This document shows, one piece after another, positions 25,901 through 36,500 of a stretch of DNA of 64,000 nt. The translations under genes and the position numbers were made by a program. A model generated the notes under the pieces. That model did no database searches. It had not been told where the DNA came from and worked only from the letters and a program-made list of their open reading frames with translations. Position 1 is the first letter of the stretch, and the number at the start of each line of letters is the position of its first letter. Source of the DNA: Eledone cirrhosa (lineage: Eukaryota); assembly GCA_964016885.1 (NCBI GenBank), contig OZ024745.1, positions 4,340,001 through 4,404,000 on the forward strand, read 5' to 3'.

Positions 25901-28900
25901 GAGGCCAGCTAAACCTGCATAGGTGTGAGCTGTCACACACTCACACACACTGCCTGCTCGTGAAATTAATGTGTAAATGGCTGAGAATTCCACAGAAATG
26001 TCCATAATGTATCTCTCAAGGAGATTCAGCATGACACAGTGTGGCATGGCTGGTTCTTTGAATTACGGGTACAACTTACTTTTGCCAGCTGAGCAGACTA
26101 GAGCCTGGTCTGGGAATAGAACTCACAACCTTATAATTGTGAGCTGGTCACCCTAACCACTAAGCCTTGTACATTTTAGTATATAAACTAGCTCTTCATT
26201 GAAACATCAAGGGAAATAACCCAAGATGCTAATATATTTGTCAGGTTCTGTTAGTCTCTCCCCTGTCAGATTTATATGTTCAAAACAACCTTTTTAAAAG
26301 AATAGCTACTCTAAAATCCAACCAATTTTGCCACAATCATTCATAAAAAATATGTACTCTATCACACTATAACCATGTACTCTATCACATTAAAACCCTG
26401 TACTCTATCACATTATAACCACGCACCTTATCACACTACAACCATGTACTCTATCACATTATAATCACACACTATATCACATAACCACATACTCTATCTC
26501 ATTATAACCACATAGCCTATCACATTAAAACAATGTACTCTATCACAATATAACCACGTACCCTATCATATTATAACCATGTACTCTATCATACAAAAAA
26601 CTGTTTTGTTATCTCTGCCAGTTTGCTGTGTTAGGTTCAGTTAACTGTTTATTTCCACATACACCTGTTTCCATGTCTTCCATTACAACTATCTTCTGCT
26701 TCAGACAAGTATCAAGTAATGATTACAATTCTCTGGAATCTTCTATCAAGTCCATAGTAAAAGAGAAGCAACCTTTTGAAAGGTTGGAGGTGAAGAAAGA
26801 GGATCTTCTAGAGATGTTTAAGGTTAGTATTTGCTGTTGAAACTGCTTTAACTTGGGGGTGGATTTATGAATTTATTTGCTAAGTGAAGTGGTAGTGCCA
26901 TGAAAAAAGCAACTAGCTCACCTTGTCAATAGGTTGCAATGTTAACATGAGAAAACAAACCCAGTACATGCCCTGGAGTAGTTGGAATTAGAAGGGAATC
27001 CAGCCATATAGACTATAACAAAGTGGTGGAACATATGAGCAATACATAGTTATCTGATCTACATGTCTCACCTCAGAGTGTGACAACCTCTCTAACCTAT
27101 ACAAATGTGACATCTACATGTCTCACCTCAGAGTGTGACAACATACATGTCTCACCTCAGAGTGTGACAACATGTCTCACCTCAGAGTGTGTCAACATGT
27201 CTTACTTCAGAGTGTGACAACCTGTCTAACCTATACAAGTATGAGCTCTACATGTCTCACTTCAGAGTGTGACAACCTGTCTAACCTATATAAGTATGAG
27301 CTCTACATGTCTCACTTCAGAGTGTGACAACCTGTCTAACCTATACAAGTATGAGCTCTACAGGTCTCACCTCAGAGTGTGACAACCTGTCTAACCTATA
27401 CAAGTATGAGCTCTACATGTCTCACCTCAGAGTGTGACAACCTGTCTAACCTATATAAGTATGAGCTCTACATGTCTTACTTCAGAGTGTGACAACCTGT
27501 CTAACCTATACAAGTATGAGCTCTACATGTCTCACCTCAGAGTGTGACAACCTGTCTAACCTATACAAGTATGAGCTCTACATGTCTCACTTCAGAGTGT
27601 GACAACCTGTCTAACCTATACAAGTATGAGCTCTACAGGTCTCACCTCAGAGTGTGACAACCTGTCTAACCTATACAAGTATGAGCTCTACATGTCTCAC
27701 CTCAGAGTGTGACAACCTGTCTAACCTATATAAGTATGAGCTCTACATGTCTTACTTCAGAGTGTGACAACCTGTCTAACCTATACAAGTATGAGCTCTA
27801 CATGTCTCACCTCAGAGTGTGACAACCTGTCTAACCTATACAAGTATGAGCTCTACATGTCTCACCTCAGAGTGTGACAACCTGTCTAACCTATATAAGT
27901 ATGAGCTCTACATGTCTCACTTCAGAGTGTGACAACCTGTCTAACCTATACAAGTATGAGCTCTACATGTCTCGCTTCAGAGAGTGACAACCTGTCTAAC
28001 CTATATAAGTATGAGCTCTACATGTCTCACTTCAGAGTGTGACAACCTGTCTAACCTATACAAGTATGAGCTCTACATGTCTCGCTTCAGAGAGTGACAA
28101 CCTGTCTAACCTATATAAGTATGAGCTCTACATGTCTCACCTCAGAGTGTGACAACCTGTCTAACCTATACAAGTATGAGCTCTACATGTCTCACTTCAG
28201 AGTGTGACAACCTGTCTAACCTATATAAGTATGAGCTCTACATGTCTCACTTCAGAGTGTGACAACCTGTCTAACCTATACATGTATGAGCTCTACATGT
28301 CTCACTTCAGAGTGTGACAACCTGTCTAACCTATATAAGTATGAGCTCTACATGTCTCACTTCAGTGTGACAACCTGTCTAACCTATATAAGTATGAGCT
28401 CTAATGTCTCACTTCAGAGTGTGACAACCTGTCTAACCTATACAAGTATGAGCTCTACATGTCTCACTTCAGTGTGACAACCTGTCTAACCTATATAAGT
28501 ATGAGCTCTACATGTCTCACTTCAGAGTGTGACAACCTGTCTAACCTATACAAGTATGAGCTCTACATGTCTCACTTCAGAGTGTGACAACCTGTCTAAC
28601 CTATATAAGTATGAGCTCTACATGTCTCACCTCAGAGTGTGACAACCTGTCTAACCTATATAAGTATGAGCTCTACATGTCTCACTTCAGTGTGACAACC
28701 TGTCTAACCTATACATGCGTGATATGTAAAATGATGATGATGATGATTATTATTTTGCTGGTTCTTTAACAAAGGGTTTAACATGAAACACTAAGCTTCT
28801 CTTCCCCACAGCAAAATACGATCACAAATACAAGTGGCTAAAAATGGGGCTCCACCAAAGTGTTTTTGGGGTAAGGTTATTTGATAAGGCTTGAAGATTA

Positions 28901-29390
28901 TTAACACTGTCATCTTTTTTGATGTTGTAAATTTAAAATGAACTCACATCCACAGAAACCATTTGTATATATATATGCCAGCAGGGAAAAGCGGACGTAA
29001 AAAATGAAATGATGATGATTGATATATATATATATATATATATATGGAGGCACATGGCTTAGTGGTTAGAGCATTGGCCTTGCAATCGGAAGGTTGTGTG
29101 AGTTCAATTCTCAGACCGGGTGATGTATTGTTTCCTTGAGCAAGACACTTTATTTCACATTGCTCCAGTTTACTCAGCTGTAGAAATGAGATGATAGGGA
29201 TTGGGGTCCCTATCATTCCACTGCAAAGTGGTCGTGGAGGTGCCACGGCAAAAAAGCACCCAGCACTCACTGTAAATGAGGTTGGTGTTAGGAAGGGCAT
29301 CCAGCTGTAGAAATCAAGCCAGAATCAGTTCCCGTCCCACCCTTGCAAGCAGGGAAAAGTGGACGTAAAATGATGATGATGATGATGATG

Positions 29391-29422
<32 letters not shown>

Positions 29423-30540
29423 ATATATACACACACACACATATATATATATATATCATCATCATCGTTTAACGTCCATCTTCCACGCTTGCATGGGTTT
29501 GGACGGGAATTTTCCCACTTGAGGCAAGAGTGGTTGTCTTGCTTGCATAGGATTGCCTGGCAGGTTTTCTACGGCTGGATGCCTTTCCTAACACCAACCA
29601 CGTTTGCAGTGTGGACTGGGAGGTTTTTACTGTGTTACCTACACGGCCACATTACAGCGTGGACTGTTTTTTTGTCGTGACACCTACACGACCTCATTTG
29701 TTTCGAACTGGATGTTGTGGTACCAACATAACTTTACATTGAAAGGAGTGGGGGTAGTGGGAAGGGGGTGTATTTTGTTAGAGGTGCCTACTGACTGTAG
29801 TAGGTTTCACTTTGTACTTAGGTAAGGCGGGTCTTCTGTATTACTGTGTAGCGCCAAAGATCTCAGTTCAGTGACATTGTCTTGGAGAGGTGTAAGTGTG
29901 TGAGGTCGGAATTTATCAAGTCGTCCCAGGTTTTTCTGGGTCTGCCTACTCCGTGGATACCGTCCATTTTTATTGCCCTGCACTTTTTTATACAGCTGTC
30001 GTCCTTCATGTGCAACACGTGACCATACCAACGTAGTCTTCTCTCGAGTAAACAACATCTGATCCCTCTTATTTCTAATTTTTACCTTAGTTCGTTTATG
30101 CTTTGCCGTTCACGTATATTACTATTACACATCCAGCGGAGCATGCAAGCTTCGTTCCTCTCCAGTCTGTGTATATCCTCTGCACGCAATGCCCAGGTCT
30201 CACTGCCATGCAACATTGCAGTTCGTATGCAGGCATCATACAGCCTGCCTTTCATTTTTAGGGAGAAACCTTTAGCGGCCAATAGTGGTATAAGCTCTCT
30301 GAACTTTTTCCAACCAGTTCTGACTCTAGCTACTGTACTTTCAGAGCACCCTCCCCCACTGCTGATTTTGTCACCCAAGTAACGGAAGGTGTCCACTATT
30401 TCTATAGTACCATCTGTGCAATGGAATGAGCTAGTATCCTGTGGGCACTTGCTGCTACTTATTGCACCAGAGCACTGGCCACATATAAAATCTATGTTCT
30501 TAGTTAGCTTACCTGTGATCCCACTACATCTTTTATGCAC

Positions 30541-30581
<41 letters not shown>

Positions 30582-33500
30582 GAGACTTAACTGTAGAATA
30601 GCTCAGCTCTGTCCAGCTCAGCTCTGTCCAGCTCAGCTCTGTCCAGCTCAGCTCTGTCCAGCTCAGCTCGGCTTGGCTTGGCTTGGCTCTGTCCAGGATC
30701 AGATTATTAGTCAACACTATCAGACTACCTGTATTATCAGATCTGATGTCTGTAGTATCAGTCAACACTATCAGACTGCCTGTATCATATCTAATGTCTA
30801 TATTATTAATCAACACTATCGGACTGCCTGTATTATCAGATCTGATTTGGAATTTGATCTGATCTGGCATCGGATCTCATTAAGCTCGCTTAATAAATAA
30901 ACTTATACCTAAATACAAAGTAAAACCTACTACAGTCAGTAGGCATCTCTATCAAAACACACCTCCGTCCCACCACCCCCACCCCATCCACACCGCCCCT
31001 TTCAATGTAAAGTTATGTTGGTGCCACAACATCCAGGCCGAAACAAATGAGATCGTGTAGGTGTCACGACAAAAAACACACAGTCCACGCTGTAATGTAG
31101 CCGTGTAGGCAACACGGTAAAAACCTCCCAGCCCCACACTGTAAATGTGGTTGGTGTTAGGAAGGGCATCCAGCTGTAGAAAACCCGCCAGACAGTCCAC
31201 GCTGTAATGTGGCCGTGTAGGCAACACGGTAAAAACCTCCCAGCCCCACACTGTAACTGTGGTTGGTGTTAGGAAGGGCATCCAACTGTAGAAAACCCGC
31301 CAGACAGTCCTATGCGAGCAAGACAATCACTCTTGCCTCAAGTGGGAAAACCCCCGTCCAAACCCATGCAAGCGTGGAACACGGACGTTAAACGTTGATG
31401 ATGATGATAAGTAATGGCTATTTTGTCTTTCTGTTACTTCAGTATAATAAATTCAAGCAGAGGATTTTGAATGAGAAAGTCACCACCCCCACAACTACCA
31501 TATACCGGTAAATATAACAGGATTTCTTTATTTCATTATAAATGTAGGAAAAAATAGTATTTTATTGGAAGGCTACATCAATGCAAATGGGAGATTGTTA
31601 AAATTTGGAGGTAGATGTAATGACCAAACTCATTTAGTTTTTGTGCCTATCCTTACCTAGAGTCATGAATCTTGGGCAATGAGTGAAAGAATACAATTGT
31701 GAATACAAGTGGCCGAAATGTGGTTCCTCCAAAGGGTCTTTTGAGGAACGTTTTTCGATAAGTTGCATAGCTTGGAGATCAGAGAGTTTCTCAACATAGA
31801 GCTACTAGTTCTCCACATGGTAACAGCTCCGATATTACTGTCATGTGGTTAGAATTGCTGGACAGATTTTACAGGCAAAGCTAACCAACAAGAGATCCAG
31901 AGGTAGTCCACAAACAAGATGGTTGGATAACGTCAATAAGCTTGGTCTGGCTTGGTAATCCATCTGGATCATTTGGAGATGGATGCTTCTGATAGCACCT
32001 TCTGGAAGGTGTGTATAAGAACTCTGCCTTCATGGCCCTCAGCAATAAGTGGCAGAAGAACAAGAAGAAGAAATGTAAAAAATATTAGGATGTTAATTAG
32101 TTGTTTAATGATCCTTATATTTTTAAATAAAATCTTTTGACCAAAATATTGAGGAAACTAATATTGAGCATGATATCTTGTGTTGCCATTTTAAAATGTT
32201 TTCCTTTGTCACCATATTTGAAATCTCTATATATAAAGTTGTAGTTCCTGTCTGTTTGTTTGTTTATGAACTCCTCCTATGGTTTTGGAGATAGACCCCC
32301 ATAACCATATATATTCTGAAACTACATTGCCAAGGGTACTTGGATAAGTATATTTCATTTTAATCAAAGGGTTCCCCGGGGGCACAAATCCCTTCTGAAA
32401 ATGTTTTCCCTTCGATTTATATGAAATTTAAACCGATTTTGGAGATAGACCCCCATAACCATATATATTCTGAAACTACATTGCCTTGGATAAGTATATT
32501 TCATTTTAATCAAAGTGTTCCCCGGGGGCACAAACCTCTGCTGAAAATTTTTTACCTTCGATTTATATGAAATTTAAACCATAGGTAAATGACAAGATAT
32601 GATGACTATTCACAAAATTTCAGTAAATTTCAATAATATTAAGATACCCTAATGGAGTTTTTCTCCATAAATTATATCACTGATTTGAAATCAATTATTT
32701 CCTTACAAAAAAATGTGTGAAACGCAGCAAGGCGCGGGTAATTCGGCTAGTAGTTAAATAAAACAAATTTTATCCATCTTTAGTAGCCATTTTGTTAACA
32801 AAAGTTTATGACCAAAGCAGAGTCATGAGAACATTGTTTTGTGGTATTTGTTCTGGCTGTCGGTGCCCTGAGTTCAAATCCAGCCGAGGTCAACTTTACT
32901 TGAAAAAACTTAATTTCTTTTAAGATTTCATTTACTTCAAACCAAATTGTTTCTAAACATGGTATTAGATGTGAAATATACCAATTACTTGTGAAGTTAA
33001 ACATGTTAAATCCTGTTTAGGGAATTATACACTTGAAATGTTCAACATCATTCCTACACACTAAATCAGAATAATTAAGATTTGATGATGATGATGTGTA
33101 CACAAATGTCATTTTAATTGTTTACTGGTTAAAAATAAATTAATTTTTATTTTTCCAGCTGTGGCTCCCTGATTGACTTGTGTCGTGGGCCCCACATTAG
33201 GCACACCGGTAAAGTGAAAGCTCTGGCTGTTACCAAGGTAATTTCCACTTTTTTGACACCTTCATAAAATGAACTTCAAAATTATAATTTTAAAAAATTC
33301 ATTTTTATTTTACCTTTGTATTTTCCATCTGCTCTCTCCACCAACACTAACATCGCAGTGTTTAACATCCTTGTTATATATGGTAGCGACCTGAAGAACC
33401 ATCATTATCACCTTGAAGACAATACAGATCTTCGTCAACATCGATCTCAGAAATATTCTTCTGATTTGCTGGCCAGACATGATTATTAACCATTGTAGCA

Positions 33501-36500
33501 GTGAACTCAACAACAGGCTGTCAGTGATGAAATTATCCTGAGGCAATGGAGATGGTCACATCCTCCTAAAGTCAGTGTTTAGTACCACAAGGCAAGCCAT
33601 AACTTGGAACTCAGTGGGAAAGGAAAAGAAGTCTTAGGAATACCTGGCACTATGATCTAAGGCAGAAGCACAGTAGGTTGGGATATTTTGGGGTGACAAT
33701 AGGTAGGGCTAGACCAGGACAGTGATGGCTGGAGAAAACTTATTGGTGGCCTATGCTACAGATGGAGACCCAAGGCAAAATTAAACTGACCCTCATTCCA
33801 ACTTTCCTACAGGCATTGCATTATACAACATCTTTATCCAAGACATAGTATTTTATCAACAAACATTAACATAATAACCTCCTGTTTATATGATTGTATA
33901 ATTCAGCATCATTGTCATCATTTTAACGTTCACTTTCCCTACTAGCAAGGAGGGCTGGACAGATCCATACCGACCAAGTCAGTACTGAAGCAGAGCCACT
34001 GATGTCATTTTATAATTGTATATCAAATGTTGTTTATAATTTATGCAAATATCCAAATTTTTCTAGCATGACAAGTATCTTAGTTATAAGTCAAGTGAAT
34101 TGATGTATCCCAGTTTTTAGAATAGGTACACTGTACCCTGTGTCATAAGAGGTACACTGTACCCTGTGTCATAAGAGGTAGCTAAAAGGGTTGGCATTAG
34201 GAAGGGCATTTGGCTGTAAAACATTGTTTCAAACCATCCAAACCAACACCAATATGGAAAAGTGGATATAAAAATGATGAAGCTGCTTGATGATGATCCA
34301 TCAATGGGTGAATAACTTTATTGGCTTGAGGAGAATGTCACTGCTAAATCATATCCATGGTAAAATTGAAGCTTAGCACTGTAAATCAATGAAATACATA
34401 CAAATGATACAATCTTCCCTGCTGCTTCGTCTGAGAATTGTACTTAATATCAGCAGAATAAACTGTCATTAATTAATATGTATACGTGCCAACATGTACC
34501 TGCCTGTTCGTTAGTACAGTGATTGTTGGCAGTAATCAAGGGAGATTTTATTCAGCAATACTGTCTGTACATTCCAAGATTACAATAGAGAGTGTAGCTT
34601 GGAGATCAGAGAGTCACTCCAGGTAGAGTCAATACTTTCCTGAATTGAGATATCACAGCTCCAATACTACGGGCATGTGGTTAGAATGACTCAAGAAAGA
34701 ATCTCTGGACAGATTTGATAGGCAAAACCAACCGGCAGGAAACCCAGGGGCAGACCACAAGTAAGATGGTTGGATAACATCCATTAACTTAACTGGTCTA
34801 GAATGGGGATCCAGCCAGTTGGAGACGGTTGCCTCTGACAGGACCTGCTGGTAAGAGTGTTCGAGGACTCCACGACCCTCTCAGAAATAAGTTGGCAAAG
34901 AAGAAGAATACTGTCTGTATATCCCACAATATGGGGAAAGAAGCAGAGGCAGACAGAAAGCTATGTGAAGTATATTGCTGATTGTCTTAGTCATGACATC
35001 TGACTGAAAGAGAGTGAAATACGTGAGGTTAACAGGAACAGAGTGGTTTAGAGAACTTTTGGATGGGTCCTTCGTGGCATCTCTCCACTCATTACATTCC
35101 TTTGTCATCTCTTCTGTGAGTTTCACTTATTTAAGATCAGCTCTCACCACCTCTGCCCAAGTCTTCCTTAGTCTACTTCTACTGTAGTTTCCTTCCACTT
35201 GGAATTACTGGCACTTCTTCATGTAGTGATTATTATCCATCATCAGTGTGGAAAGGAATAGCTGTATTAAGGAGCTATGACAAGTGTAGTGAGGATTTAA
35301 CTGAGTAAGAGCTGGTGGGTTGGTGGTGGTGGTATTGAAGGTAACAGTGAGAGTGATGCGAGATGTTACAATGATGAAGAAAATACTAATGTGATCTTTC
35401 AGTGCTGAATAACATCTGATTATAGAACACTTCTTTTTTTTCTATCTCTCTCTTTTTCTCTCTTTATAGAATTCTTCTTTCTTTTTTTTCATCTTTCTCT
35501 TTCATTTGCTTTCTTTATAGAATTCTTCTACTTATTGGGAAGGCAAGGCTGATGCTGAGTCTCTAAACAGGATATATGGTATATCCTTCCCAGAACCGAA
35601 GCAATTGAAGGAATGGAAACATCTGCAAGAGGAAGCAGCCAAGCGAGACCATCGTAAAATAGGTCGGGTAAGTGTAGTAAATTATTTCAGTTTTGTTTTC
35701 AATGACAAAACATAGATTTTTGTTTGTTATAGTAGCAGAAGTGGTGATAGTTGATCTCAAAATGCTGAAGTTCACAAATGATGAACACAAATGATGAAGG
35801 AACACAACGATTGAAGAAAAGCTGTGCTGGAAAAGATCCATATAACCCATGCAAGCATGGAGAAACAGGTGTAAAACAGTGGTGGGAGTGATGGTGGTGG
35901 TGGTGGTAGCAGCATTGATGCCTGCTTCAATACAAGGCTTGAATCAAATGATCTTTATCTATTTTGGATATTGTGCTAGTTATGGTGGACTTCAGAGATT
36001 TTATAATGTTATAGGAGTGTTGCTTGACTTCCATAGTCAGATTCGGGTCTGGAGAGCTAGGAGGCCATATATTTGGGGTGATGTGATTGTGGAGATTGTA
36101 ACTAATCCATTCTTGGGTCATCTTGGCCTTATGAGAGAGTGCAGTCTTGTTGGTAGGTGTACAGTCTTCCTTTGCTTATGCTTTCTATTCAAATCCTCAC
36201 AACCCAAACAGCTCCTTATAGTCAGCAGCATTGACCCTTAAGCTCTGAAGGAAAGAAGTGAAGAGGCATGACATTGCCTTTGTTACTGATGACTCCAAGA
36301 ACTATCACATGTGCCAGAAACTTTGTATGGCACATCTTTAGGGTCTTTGCATAATCATTTGTCATTCCTTCGACTGATCTTTTGGTTCTGATCTAAGTTT
36401 TGATGCTTCAACTTGCTCAAGTGCTTTGTATGGATAAGATGGTTAACTTTTGTCTTTATGCATGAGGACCTTCAGAGAAGCTAATTCATGCATAATTCTT

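Noticed and set aside
18835-28715. CRISPR-like appearance of the 73-, 55- and 41-bp periodic arrays (and of the 26/30-bp satellites)
   Set aside because: There are no unique spacers, because whole units repeat. No cas genes are present and the context is eukaryotic introns.
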